Notes under the pieces: generated by a model
What the model saw: the letters and a program-made list of their open reading frames with translations, nothing else
What the model was told of the DNA's origin: nothing
Database searches by the model: none
Made by a program: the position numbers and the translations under genes
Part shown: positions 11,476-25,254 of the stretch, piece by piece
Layout: every line of letters starts with the position of its first letter
Numbering within the stretch: the first letter of the stretch is position 1
Source: Octopus sinensis
Taxonomy: Eukaryota
Direction: 5' to 3'
Length of the DNA: 64,000 bases
NCBI RefSeq assembly: GCF_006345805.1
Contig: NC_043010.1
Location: 33,294,001-33,358,000 of the forward strand

Positions 11476-11721
11476 GATCGTTGTGGTCCTCAATAAAGAG
11501 TCCTGTGAATTCCATTTTCTGTCTATTTTATATATATGAAAGCATTTGGTGGGGGGGGGGGAACTATACTGCCTATACTGTTTTACATTTATTTACAATA
11601 TATCCAGGTTTTCTGTTACATTGTAAGGTTTATTTGTTTTAGGTGGAATTGATATTTGTTGTCTCTAAGTAGGGTGTGGTTGGCTTTTGCAAACATTTCA
11701 CATGAGTATAAATGGGTGTTA

Positions 11722-11768
<47 letters not shown>

Positions 11769-11771
<3 letters not shown>

Positions 11772-11935
11772 GCAGGAGTGGCTGTGTGGTAAGTAGCTTG
11801 CTAACCAACCACATGGTTCCAGGTTCAGTCCCACTGCGTGGCACTTTGGGCAAGTGTCTTCTGCTATAGCCCCGGGCCGACCAATGTCTTGTGAGTGGAT
11901 TTGGTAGACGGAAACTGAAAGAAGCCCATCGTATA
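11769..11935 (+). mobile_element. tRNA-derived SINE, 5' part
   Basis: Matches 3671-3835. Confidence 0.75.
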
Positions 11936-11977
11936 TATGTATATATATATGTGTGTGTGTGTGTGTGTACATACATA

Positions 11978-13000
11978 GTAGTTGATAGCTTCTGTTACCT
12001 AGGTAACCAAGTCAGTAGTGGGGAGCGGGTGTGCTGAAAGTGTAACTACTAGAATAAGAATAGCCTGGGCAAAGTTCAGAGAACCCTTACCTCTGCTGGT
12101 GACAAAGGGCCTCTCACTCAGAGTAAAAGGCAGACTGTATGACGCATGTGTACAAACAGCCATACTACATGGCAGTGAAACATGGGCCGTGACTGCTGAG
12201 GACATGCGTAAGCTCGCAAGGAATGAAGCCAGTATGCTCCGATGGATGTGTAATGTCAGTGTACATACTCGACAGAGTGTAAGTACCTTGAGAGAAAAGT
12301 TGGACCTAAGAAGCATCAGATGGGGTGTGCAAGAGAGACAATTGCGCTAGTATGGTCATGTAGCGAGAATGGATGAAGATAGTTGTGTTAAAAAGTGCCA
12401 CACCCTAGTGGTTGAGGGAATCTGTGGAAGAGGTAGACCCAGGAAAACCTGGGATGAGGTGGTAAAGCACGACCTTTGAACATTAGGCCTCACCGTGGCA
12501 ATGACTAGTGACTGAGACCTTTGGAAATATGCTGTGTGGGAGAAGACCCTGCAGGACAAATGAGACCATAACTCAAGGCCTTTATCAGGGATGTAGCCAG
12601 TCCACTTATGCATACCTTTCCTTCTTTGGACACTAAACTCTGCTTGCGAAGACCTGTTGAGGCAAGTGAAATCGAAATTGAACCAAATTCGATGACTGCC
12701 ACCTGTGCCAGTGGAGCGCTAACAGCTCCATCCAAGCAAGATCACTGCCAGAGCAGCTGTCATGTTTCCGTGCCGGTGGGCACGTAAAAATCACCATTTG
12801 AGTGTGATCGTTACCTGCATTGCCTTACTGGCACATGAACAAAACATTCGAGCGAGGTCATTACCAGTGCCCCTGGACTGACTCCTGTGCAGGTGGCACA
12901 TAAAAAACACCATTTCGAGTGTGGCCGTTGCCAGTACCGCCAGACTGGCCCTCGTGCTAGTGGCACGTAAAAGCACCCACTACACTTTCGGAGTGGTTGG
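11978..13000 (+). mobile_element. RTE LINE 3' fragment
   Basis: ORF 12018-12350 (LPLLVTKGLSLRVKGRLYDACV...LHGSETW) is homologous to the 9572-10003 region and is followed by the RTE 3' UTR. Confidence 0.85.
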
Positions 13001-14348
13001 GGTTTGTTTAAAGAAGTCTCGCCCTAGTATGTGATGTGTTTTTTATTTTCCCTTGGCGAAGGAGTAATTATCGTAATGCACCTTCGTGCATTAAATATGG
13101 TAATGAACCCCTGGAATGGCCATAGGGAATGTAAATATGGTTTCTTCTTTTTTGCTTGGACACTGTCTTTTCATAATAGGTCTTCCCCTTATCTTAAAAA
13201 ATAATTTTTAATTGAAAAAATTTCTAAACGCTGAACTTTTATCTTACCATATATATTATATAAGTATATATATATGTGTATATATATATGTGTGTATATA
13301 TATATATATGTGCACACACACACACACACACTCATGTGTATTTTACTGTCTTGAGAGGATCGTTACACCAATAACACACACACACACACACACACAAGTT
13401 CAATTCCACTTCTCATACAATGTAAACATGAACATAGTAATAGTGGACTTATGATAATGAACAATATGTCTCCTCTGTGTGAACTATATGAAATAAAGAG
13501 ACATGCATAGGACTTCATGCACTGCATGCAGTTCTCTAGAAAGAAATTACATATAAGAATGTCAGTGGAACCTGCCCTAGACATTGGAGCAGAATACAGA
13601 GGATTTGTGACAGAGCAAACACTTGGTATGAAGCAGATGAATATCAGGGAGTGATGTTTGTAGAGGCTGTGCTGCATTAGAAGTTAGCCCATAAGTTTAG
13701 AAAGGCTCTGAAGGACACCATGCTCAATATTAAGATTGTTGAGAAACTAGTGAGATCCACAATTATGAAAGATGTGTCCCTATGATAAGATCATATGCAC
13801 TAAGAACTGTAGTTTATACTTTTTACTCCACTATTAACTGTAAGACCAGGAATGTGGTCTGCAGCATAAAATGCATGGAGATGGTGTACAAGATACATTG
13901 GAGAGAGTAAATGGACACTGGTGGAAGTATAATGACAGGAGACAGCCATCTATACTCTATCAACATGGTGGCATGGTTGACTGAATTAACATTGATATTT
14001 TGTCTAAACATCCAAGAGACCCTTTGCTTAGACAAATACATTAGAATGTCCTCATAAACAAAACATTACCAATACTGAATAGAAAATACAGATAATAGGT
14101 TGTAGAAATTCAACGTTACTGTTACCACTCATGTAATATGCATACATGGGTGTGGATCAGTAGGCATGTATATGATGATATAGGCAGGTATAAAAAAGGT
14201 TGGGGTAGAATAACAGTAGAATGCAAGTAAGCCCATACAAATAGATACATGTAAGTATGCACAATTGCACACATATAGGCATAGGTAAGTATAAATAAGG
14301 TAGGAAATATGACAGAAGGCTATCAGGGAATGCATACAAATACATTTA

Positions 14349-14720
14349 GGCGTAGGAGTGACTGTGTGGTAAGTAGCTTGCTTAGGAACCACATGGTTCC
14401 GGGTTCAGTCCCACTGCGTGGCACCTTGAGTAAGTGTCTTCTGCTATAGCCTCAGGCTGACCAAAGCCTTGTGAGTGGATTTGGTAGACGGAAACTGAAA
14501 GAAGCCTGTCATATATATGTGTGTCTGTGTTTTTCCCCCCAACATCGCTTGACAACTGATGCTGGTGTGTTTATGTCCCCGTAACATAGCAGTTTGGCAA
14601 AAGAGAATGATAGAATAAGTACTACGCTTACAAAGAATAAGTCCTGGGGTTCGATTTGCTCGACTAAAGGTGGTGCTCCAGCATGGCCGCATTCAAATGA
14701 CTGAAACAAAAGAGTAAGGA
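14349..14720 (+). mobile_element. tRNA-derived SINE
   Basis: Matches 3671-4070. Confidence 0.75.
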
Positions 14721-15079
14721 GTATATAGGTGTGAACAGTTCCTATACACATGCGCACATAAACACACAGAGGAACACAACCACACACATACATGCAAGCA
14801 TACACACAGATTCTTGCTTCTTTAAAAAACTGCCAGATATGCACACACACACATGCTGGAATACACTCTGATAATACATACATACAAACATACTTACTTA
14901 CTCACTGAACTGACTCAACCACACAAATATGCCTCCTAGACCACACAACTGTGCACGATCAGATGCTCACACGTACATCAACCCTGTTCTTCCCTCTCCC
15001 TCCCCACATAAAGAACTACACCCTAAACCCATAAATCTTCATATATGAGACCATATATGAGAACAAAAAGCCAAACCAT

Positions 15080-15470
15080 TAAAGGGGCCATGGATGGCTA
15101 GTGCATACAAGTCCTTGGTTTCAGTGGCTATTGTGCATGATTCTGGCTATGAACTGGTTGATCACCATCCCTATTCTCTTGATCCTATTCTATTGATTTG
15201 GATCCATCTGACAATCATTTGTTCCCCAAATTGAAAATTACTTGGCTGGGAACCAGTATCACAGTGATGATAATGTCATATCTGCTGTTGACTTTTTTTT
15301 ATTAACTGGATGAAAACTTCTTCACTAATGGGATCCAAACACTGCAATGTTGATGGAAGAAGTGTGTGGAGCACAAGAGGGACTATGTTGAAAAATAAAT
15401 CCCATTTGATCACATTCCATGAGAGTATCTTAGTTAGCCAATGAACTTTTCAACTGGTCCTTGGGATCAG
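15080..15470 (+). pseudogene. Mariner transposase C-terminal remnant
   Basis: Translates in pieces as AHKSLVSVAIVHDSGYELVDHHPYS...LAGNQYHSDDNVISAV...ENFFTNGIQ...WKKCVEHKRDYVEK*. Confidence 0.65.
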
Positions 15471-16418
15471 TGTTACTGCAGTAAAATAGATCTATTTTGA
15501 CCAAACATGCAATATTAGTTATATCACTCTAGGTACTGAGTTCAAATCACGCTGGAAATGTCTTGACTTTTTGTTTTTATAGAGTCGGTAAAATAAACAG
15601 AAGACATATATTGAAGTATATTGAAGCCAGCATCCTCCCTCAAAATATGTGGTATTGTGCTAGCAAGCTGGCAGAATCATTATTATGCCAGACAAACTGC
15701 TTAGCTGTATTTTTTCCAGTTTTATGTTTTGAGTTCAAATGTTGCTAAAGTTGATAGTGCCTTTCATCTTTTTGGGGGTCAATTAAATGACTACCAGTTG
15801 AGAATTGGAGTTGATGTAATTGACTAGTCCCCTCTCCTAAAAATATTTCAGGCCTAGTACCTTTAGTAGAAAGAATTATTTTTTAATTTTTATTATTGAG
15901 CATGTAAGTTCCGTAGCTGCTTATAAAAAAGTTTCTGTTTGAGTTTGTGTTTTATATTTGTTAATTAGCCCCAGGTCTGCACTGACTAAGTAATAATTAC
16001 CCCAGAGAAGATTGAGCAACCCCATGTTGAAAATTGTTCTAATCCTGATCATTCCATCTAATTAGGACTACATTACCTGGTGTGTCCTTTCCTTTTAAGG
16101 TAGTGAAGCATTGAGAAAGATTTAGCTATTATTTCCAGCATGTCAAGCAACCACAAAGAGGTTCCCTCATTGGTTTATGTGCTTCAGTTTTAAGTTTCTC
16201 CAGTTTAAGAATACCAGGACCACCATCTCACAACCTGGATACCTTTAGTGCAGTCCATTCTGCTGCAAGCATTCAGAATAAGTCCCCGGTTTAAGGATAT
16301 CTTGATGTGTTTGCTGCAAACTATGACCCATGGGTTTTTATTTCTACCCCTCCTCCAGTTTTAGGTACCCTACAAAAAAAAAAAAAATCAAAGACTGTGC
16401 CCTTCCTCATCTGGTTAA

Positions 16419-16939
16419 CTCTTTAGCATTTAAACTGACCATATCTGGCTAAAATATTCTACCTGTGTTTTGTTCAAACTGGCTAGATCTTGCCTCTCAC
16501 ACCTACCAGATTTTTAAAATAGACAACCACACCATCAATATCTCAAACCTACAAATAATGCGTGATTAATTCAAAACAATGCAAATAAATATGCATTACA
16601 TTTCACAGTAACATCATTAGCGGAAAGTGTAACCTCTCAAAGGAGCTGTTCTTCACTCCTGCTCCAGAGCGTCAGCTGCAGGATCACTCCAAAAAGCTCT
16701 ATCTGCAGCGATTTCATCTCAATCGAAGGAGAGGGGCTTTCTCCGTCCGGTTTGCGGATCCGTGGAATAAGCTGCCAGACGAGATAGTGAAGATGCCGAC
16801 AACCGCTCGGTTCAAAGTCTCTCTTGACCAGAAATGGCATGAACACCACCCTGTACATAACTCCATGTCCCCCTACATGGCCTTGCTTTTTGCTTTTTGA
16901 GCCAAAAAATTAACTTAACTTAATCTGAATGCTAAAGGG
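16419..16939. mobile_element. piggyBac-type MITE
   Basis: TTAA-CTCTTTAGCATT ... AATGCTAAAGGG-TTAA termini. Confidence 0.7.
16625..16922 (+). mobile_element. CR1-type LINE 3' end lying inside the MITE
   Basis: Translates as DHSKKLYLQRFHLNRRRGAFSVRFADPWNKLPDEIV...FKVSLDQKW (CR1 C-terminus) and ends in short TTAAC repeats. Confidence 0.65.
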
Positions 16940-19900
16940 TTAAACCACACACTTCTACAAAACTTTAAATATTGAGATAGTTTAGATTCAGTTTTTTTTT
17001 TTTTTTTTTTCATGTGACTGCTGAGATAACTGTTATATTGACTTAAATTCAGAAGAAAGGGGTTTTGTATGAGTAATAAAAAAAATAGGTGCCCACTCGA
17101 CTTTGGATATCCTGCTGCAGCTGTTGTTCCTTTTGTGCATTGTCCGTTTTTTTTTATTAGAAGCATTCAGTCTGTTTAAATGATTGAATGAAAAAAATTT
17201 AACAACCCACTCTGTAAGTTTGTGTTTGTATAATGATGGGTGGAAAAGCCACAAAAACCATAAAATCAACAAATTTCTATGGTTTTTATTGTTAGCAGAA
17301 ATAGGCTGCAAGCACTTTTAGAGCCCCGCCCAGTGAGTGTCGCAAACCTGTCTAATATTTGTAGGATATGACAGACTCGTTTCTCTTGTGCCGCTTGTGC
17401 GATGACAAAATGGAGTTAATTTATGCTGAGAACACATACTAACCAGCCTGGTGTTGAGTGTAGTGTTGTCTAGCCCTACACTATGACCAATCACATCTAT
17501 GCTGGTAGTAACCAAACACCTACATCAGCAGTGATGTAGGTTAAGCTGGTTGTTCTTACTCAGCAAACCAGTTTGTTTTCTTCTTACTTTCTGACAGTTT
17601 CTAACTTTAAGCAGGAAAAATAAAATTTTAAAAAAAGGTGGTAGGATAAGTAGGAGGTGACTATAGCTGTGATGATGTGGTAGGAGGTGACTATGGTGGT
17701 GGGGAGTAAGAAGGGGTGGCTATAGTGGTGGTAAGGTAAGTAGGGAGTGACTATAGTAGTGGTGGTGAATTGTTTTTCTTATTTACATAAAAACAAGTTT
17801 TTATGTTGTTTAACGTGATTGGACAAGCCCCTGATCCAAAGGTACTCTAGGTGACCATCCAAGTTAGTAGGATTACATTATTTGATGTCATTTATTTACC
17901 GAATACAATAAAGTGTGAATTGAGTGAAAATTTCACTGCTACATTTAGCAGGTCAAGTGACCATCTAGAAGCTTTTTCACAACATAGGTGAAATATATGT
18001 TATGGCATTCATGCCTTTCCAAAAGGTATCAGTTATATATGTTAAACAGTTTCAAATAAGAATTGAAACCATGAATGGCTGCACTACATACCAGCCAAAT
18101 GATGATGATGCCATGATGTTCATGTCTTTCTCAAAAGTATCAATGATTATTGGAATTGAAACTTGGCTGTAGAATGAATAAAATGTCAAGCAACCACCAC
18201 CCTCTAAGATGTTTTTTCATTGTGACTTTGTTCAAAAGTTGTTACAATCAGCAGCATCATCAATATTATAATAGGCACCAGCATTGCTGTGTGGTTAAGG
18301 ATCTTGCTTCCTAACCATGTGGTCTCAAGTTCAATTTCATTATGTAGCAGCTTGGGCAGCCAACCGAAACTTTGTGAATGGATTCGGTAGGCAGAAAATA
18401 GAAATGGCCTGTTGTGTGTGTGCATACATACCCTTATCTTGACATCACATGGTTGTAAATGAGTATCACCATCATACATGTTCATTTAATCTTCCATAAA
18501 GGAAGGACCTTAGAAATTTTGCCACAACATATTTTGTCTGACCCATGCAAGCATGGTAAAGTGGATGTTAAACGATGATGATTTCCATGCTGGCATGGGT
18601 TGGATTGGTCTGCTACACAGCAATTGTAATATTATTTAGAAATTATAGGGCAGCAAGCAGACAGAATTGTTAGCACACTAGGCAAAATGCTTAGCAACAT
18701 TTTGTTGATCTTTATGTTCTGAGTTCAAATTCTGCTGAGGTTGACTTTGTATTTCATTGTTTTGGGGGTCAGTAAAATAAAGACCAGTCGAGAACTGGGG
18801 TTGATGTAACTGACATCCCCCACCTCAAAAATGCTGGTCTTGTGCCAAAATTTGAAACCAATATTATTTAGAGGTTTTGTTGTAGTCATTCCTGATGTAA
18901 TTTGTATTCTGTGCAAAAACAGTTCTCAATGGAATCTAAAACTGATGCAGATGACATTGTTCACAAGAACTTAGGTGTATACCTAAGTACAACAGTTGAG
19001 ATAGAATAACAACAATCGTGTATGTGAGTAGCTTAGCATGTTATTAATATATAATGCATGACTCAGGGTGAGGAAGAATGAGGCAGTTAATTGAGAGTGA
19101 GTTAAAAGGCTGGGTTTCATAGTTAAGATGTTAACTAGATTTAGCTAAAATGAAACAGAAGTCCATATGGCAAACTCATTCAGATGCATTCCAGCATTAA
19201 GAAAACTTGTATTACCTATGAACTCACAGGCACACACACACACACACATATGTATATCATAAAATACACTGATATATATATCAAAATTGCAATATGATCT
19301 ACTGCTGGCTTACTTGAGGGTTTTCTTACATTGTCTGATTTTGTTGTCCTGTACTTTCAGAGATGTTAACTGAATACATTTGTTTCTTCATATTCAGAAG
19401 TATGGCTGTGTGGTTAAGAAGCTTGCTTTGCAACCACATGATTTCAGGTTCAGTCTCACTTCAAAGCACCTTAGGAAAATGTTAGTGAATTTGGTAAATA
19501 GAAACTGTGTTGAAGTACATCATGTATGTGTGTGTGTATGTACATTTTGTATCTCTCCCCTCCACTATTTTACAATGAATGTTGATTTGTTTACATCCTT
19601 GTAACTTAGCAATTCAGCAAAAGATATGAGTTCTGGAGTTGATTTGTTTGGGTAAACCCTTCAAGGTGATACCTCGGCATGATTGCTGTCTAATGACTGA
19701 AACAAGGAAAAGGAATGATAAATATAAATGATACAATATTTTCACAAGTTGATCTATAGTTTGTGTGTGTGAGATAGATAGATAGATGGATGGATGGATA
19801 GATACGTAAACTTGTTGTCTGGTCAGTTTTATCAGTTATTTGGTTTATTTTATGTTTGGGTGCAGACATGTTTTTGTGTAGTTAAGAAACTTGCTTCACA

Positions 19901-20039
19901 ATCTCATAATCCTGTGTTTAATGCCATTGCATGGTACCTTGGACAAGTACTTTTACTGTAGCTTCTTGTTAATCAGTACTTTATGAATGGAATTTGGTAG
20001 AGAGGGAACTGAGCAGTAGCCCCTCGTGTGGTTATATGT

Positions 20040-20256
20040 AGAGCTGGCAGAATCGTTAGCACGCAGGGCGAAATGTGTAGCCGTATTCCGTCTGTTGTCG
20101 AGTGTTCTGGGTTCAAATTCCGCCGAGGTCGACTTTGCCTTTCATCCTTTCGGGGTCGATAAATTAAGTACCAGTTACGCACTGGGGTCAATATAATCGA
20201 CTTAATCCCTTTGTTTGTCCCCTCTATGTTTAGCCCCTTGTGGGTAGTAAAGAAAT
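20040..20256 (+). mobile_element. SINE with the conserved central domain GTCGACTTTGCCTTTCATCCTTTCGGGGTCGATAAA
   Basis: The same family recurs at ~15650, 18655, 26520(-), 26790(-), 31221, 34550 and 37750. Confidence 0.75.
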
Positions 20257-20339
20257 ATATATGTAGAGCTTTTGCCAATGTATATTGGGGAGGGATATAT
20301 ACATTGCTCCCACCTCACTCCTTTGGGATATTTGTTCTA

Positions 20340-20680
20340 CGGACTGGTCCAAAAGTCTTGTCACCACCTGTAAATATTGTTTTTTAATTTTCTATTATCA
20401 AGGAGAGAGTTTCACAAGAGCTATACCAGAATACCTGACAGTTGAAGGATGCTGTTTTGGCAACCTTTGCAACTATTACCAAAGCACAGAACATGGTGCT
20501 GCATCATTTTGTACCATAAAAGTGATGGTGTTTATATAGATCTTCTTGATGTGTGACAATGTCAGTGTCAATGAAAGTGAATATACTAAAACCAGTATAT
20601 GTGTTTGATATTATTATATTGTTCCTCTGTTGTTCATGTTACTTTTTGATAGTGGGTGACAAGACTTTTGGACCACCCTA
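20340..20680. mobile_element. Tc1/mariner-type MITE
   Basis: TA-flanked inverted termini GGTCCAAAAGTCTTGTCACC / GGTGACAAGACTTTTGGACC. Confidence 0.65.
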
Positions 20681-22937
20681 TACATTGAATTACAATCTGT
20701 TGTAATATTCCCTGTCACAAATGCAATGAACCGGTGATGAAGCTGTTGGAAACCTGTCCTTCATAATATGTGGCTATGAGTTTGTATACTTGATTCACAT
20801 TACACATCCATACCAACCACTTCATCTAACCTGCGCCCTTTGGCTGATTTGTTTTATAACTAGGAACTCCTTTGGCCACAGTTGACTCTGGATCTGCATA
20901 TATATGTATGGATATATTGGCAAGTTTTTTTTTTCTTTCAAGTAGAAGACTGACAGTTATCCATGCATGTAAGTCTCCTCTCTCTATGCTACAGATGTTG
21001 TGCAAGGGAAAGGTTTTTGCCTTTTGACCATTATGACTTGGCACCCAGTGTCATTACAGGCTTTAATGTCAAGGACCCTAAAGGCCAGAACAGATACCAC
21101 AAAGCAACCTGTCCGGAGTGTAGAGATTCAGAACAGGTCCTGTTCTATCCAATTTACTATCAAGTTTATTTATTTGTCACTTGATAACTCAGCTGCCTTT
21201 TTGTAAAAATCCTCCCTTTGTATTGTTCAACCTGTATTTCTGGTTCCCACTTCATATTATTTTGAGTGACTAAGTTTTATTCTCATACAGCAACACTGAT
21301 TGTATGTCTGCCCTATCTATCATATCTGTCAGTCACATAAGGAGAAGATTTCAATTCTGGACTTCTGATTTCATTTCAACTTAATTCTAAGCTCCTCTAC
21401 AAGATTGTAAGACATCCTTTTTACTTCAGTGGATCATAGTTCTATGGAAAAAATATTTGTTTTCATTCAGTTAACTTGAAGAGCTTTAAGCTCTTAATAA
21501 TTGATGTCAGTGAATTTGTTAAACTCCATGCTATTCCTCTTTATTTATATTAAGTGAAGGTTTAAGAAAATTAAAAATGTTACAGGATCAAGTTTTTCTT
21601 TTTAATCGGAATCTATCTACATAAGATGTCTATTTTAATCTGCATTTTATAAAAACTTGTTTCTCATAATTATACCACTATTGATGACCAGCACAGTCAT
21701 TGTATGTGTGTGATAGTGAGTTTACAGTCAGTGCAGTGGTGCAACAGCCACTTCTGAAATTTTCTAGGCTATTTTAATTTTCAGTTGGCACAGCCACTTC
21801 ATAGGTGTGGCTAATGTTTTCATCTAGATACATGACTTATATTATTTATTATAAGCTTTCATTTGTACATTTATGGTTGTATGGATAAAGAATTTGCTTT
21901 GCAGTCCCATGGTTTTAGGTTTGGTCCTGCAGTACAGTATCATAGACAAGTGTCTTTTCTTTGTCATTTTTATGAATGACATTTGGTTGATAGAAACTGT
22001 TTGAATATTCATCAGACAAGTCCAAGAACTCCAACACAGCCAGATTTTCACTATTTAGAACTTTTGTGGTTTTTGTATTTTCACAAGTACTTTCATGTTT
22101 TTACAACCACTGTCGGCTAAACCTGTGTGTTGAGTTAAAAGTTCCCTTAAGTCTCTAAAGTAATTACTGGGATCAATATGATCATCAAAGACTCTTGAAA
22201 GCTGTGCCCCATGATAGCTGCAATCCAATAATTGAAAGTAGGTAAAATACCTTTGATTGGGTATAGCACTCATTCATCCATCCTGCCAGCGATATGGTGA
22301 AACGAAAGAAAAGAATGTTATTTATTGTGAGATTCACTGGCGGTGGTGGTGGAGCGAGAAATGCATCCTATGAGAAGCACAATGTAATGGTTATGATGGA
22401 AATTTTTACTTCAGTTGACTGCTAAATTCTTTTATGACTCTCTAATTCCATATAATTAAGTGGCTTCTCAAGTAGGCCTCTTAAAATGACAGATAACTAA
22501 TCCAACTCGTTTGATTTTCCAACAATCATCAAGTGTTCTTGATTTGCTAAACTAGAACTTAATTAATTATGCCAGTGGTTCTCTCCCTAAAACAAAAGAA
22601 ATGGTAACACTGACTATCACTGATTTACTTCCTGTCTTAAACATATTTTCTCTGATGTTGATGCACCAATGGAAGCACTCCGAACAAAATTACGTAAGGG
22701 AAATAATCAATATAGCTATCTTTTACAGTCATTGGATTGTGACCATGCTGGGGTACCACCTTCAAGAATTTAGTGGATCAAATTGACCCCAATTCTTATT
22801 TTTAAGTCTGTTACTTATTCTATCTCTTACTGTTGTCAAACTACTAAATTATGGGGATGTAAACAAACCAACACCAGCAGTGATGTGGGATAAACACACA
22901 CACATATACATACACACACAACACACACACATACACA

Positions 22938-23471
22938 CAGGATGTCCATAAATTACTATACAGTTATTTGTAATAAAGAAATATGATTAGACTAAAAAGA
23001 TTTTCAGAAAATATCGTAACAATATAAGCAATCAATTTTATTTACTACAGTTATGATAAATGTTCAAAATGTAAGCCATTAGCTTCAATGCATTCTCAAC
23101 AAAGTAAAAGCACGCTGTGACAAACTTTGGTACACAAGTTTGGATGAAGGTTAGCAAATGTATCAATAATGTACTGCCGAAGAGCTTCAATACTTCTTGG
23201 CTTCCTCTGATTTACAAACTTGGTTTCCTTGACTTACAAACTGTTCAAAAAATTGAGACCTGTGATCAGGATCATCCTTCAGAAGTCCGTGAATTAGGCG
23301 CGGAATGTAAAGTTTCATATTGAGTTTTGTAAATATTTTATGTAATGATGTTGTTTGATACCAATTTCTGAACTACCACTGTGAATTGATTTCTTTGGGC
23401 TTCTTACATATACCTCAGCAACTGAAGTCATATTTTCTTCAGTCTAACTATATACTAACTTTATGGATGCC

Positions 23472-23474
<3 letters not shown>
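22938..23474 (-). mobile_element. Internally deleted mariner-like element
   Basis: Imperfect TIRs CAGGATGTCCATAAA / TTTATGGATGCCCTG-TA. Minus-strand remnants MKLYIPRLIHGLLKDDPDHRSQFFE and CIEANGLHFEHLS*. Confidence 0.6.
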
Positions 23475-23538
<64 letters not shown>

Positions 23539-24340
23539 ACATCATAAGAATTTATAAAGTTTCTAGATAACATGGAATAACTCTTTTTAGGAATTGGTTC
23601 TTGAAGTACACCTAAAACTATAAGTAATATCATATAAATATTGGGTTGAAAAACCCTTTTTTGATAGGAAAAATCAAAGGCTGCCCCTATGAATCGAACC
23701 CACATCTCCTGTAGACATGACAAGCATTCTACTGTTGTATGAAAACAATCCTTCGAATTTCTTTATCCATTTTAGAAACTGTATTCTCACCAGTGTCAAT
23801 TGTATGCTTGTGTGGGTTGGATGGGTTAGCCAACTCTGAGTCAGTTCTTATTTATGTCCTCTTAGACAAATCAGAATACCATGTCTCTCACTTGTATATT
23901 ACATTTTTGGCTTGTTTTCTACAGTTGCAGACATTGCAGTAATGATTTCCATCATTTGGGAGTAGATTAGACCCAGCTATACCCTGTTTTTTTTTTTTTT
24001 CCTTCGGGAAGCCTTCTTATCTCCCTCAATACTGCACACCCTCAATTTAGGGGTCTTGTCTTGTGAGTTACCTAGAAACTTCACTGTCAGTGCTGCATGA
24101 AAGCACCCTGTACACACTGTAAAGTGGCTGGTATTAGAAAGGGTATCAAGCTGTAAAAATCATGCTAAAGCAGACATTTGAGTTTGGCATAGTCTTCTGG
24201 CATATCTACTTCTGTCAAACTGTCCAACCCCTGCCAGCATGGGATATGGATGTTAAATGATGATGGAGAGAAAAATTTCATTTCAAATCACAAGTGTTAA
24301 ACACATTGCCAAATTTCTTTTAGTAATATGTTTGATTATT

Positions 24341-24373
<33 letters not shown>

Positions 24374-25254
24374 ATGTATGTGTGTGTGTAATGTAAAGCA
24401 GATTGTATGATGCTTGTGTATGAACGGTTGTACTTCATTGTAGTGGGACAGGGACTCTAAATGCAGAAGACATGCATAAACTCGAGAGTAATGAAGCTAG
24501 TATGTTGTAATGCACATGTAACATAAATGTGCATGTACAATAAAGTGTAATAGAGATAAAGAAGTGTCAATCATTTAAAGTTGATGGCAAATATGGAAGA
24601 AGACATGGGATGAAGTAGTGAGGACTGATTACAAGATGTTAGGCTTCACAGACTGAGATGTCTGGTTTTATGAGGTTCTTGAGAAGACCCACCCACCTCA
24701 GCAAAACTGAATTCTAGAAGTACTGTGTTACACCCATATGTAACATTAAAAAGCTTTTCACACACCTTACCCTAATAAACGAAACTACATCTCCCCTTCG
24801 CCTCTTCCTCACTCCTGCAGCCCAGTTCTGTCCTCACTGCCCCACCCACTGTATCATTGTGATCCTGTTTCCCTCCACCCAACCACTCTGTATAACCAAG
24901 GTTTCACTAGATGCTGCATTCCACCCTCCCCGCTTTGCATTCTCATGAATTCTCTACTCATGCACCCTTAGCAATGCTCTACCATCCAATTTGTATTCTC
25001 ATCTCTATACCTTAAGAGTATCTCCTGGCATATCACCACCATCTCTCTCAATCTCGTTCTCTTCCACTCTTGTTTTCCCTCATTCTCAATTACTCTCTCT
25101 ATCTCTCTCTCTCCAACAATGGTAACCATATATCTCTTCTACAGCAAGACACCTGCTTCTGACCCTCTTTTATACTCTAATCCCTCATCACCAGGCACAA
25201 AGGGACATCCTTCAATACCATCCCACCTCTCAGAGGACTTTTGTCTTGCAAGTT

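Noticed and set aside
23680-23742. tRNA-like sequence on the minus strand (GGGTTCGATTC T-arm)
   Set aside because: The acceptor and anticodon stems do not pair convincingly, so it is more likely a decayed SINE head or tRNA pseudogene.
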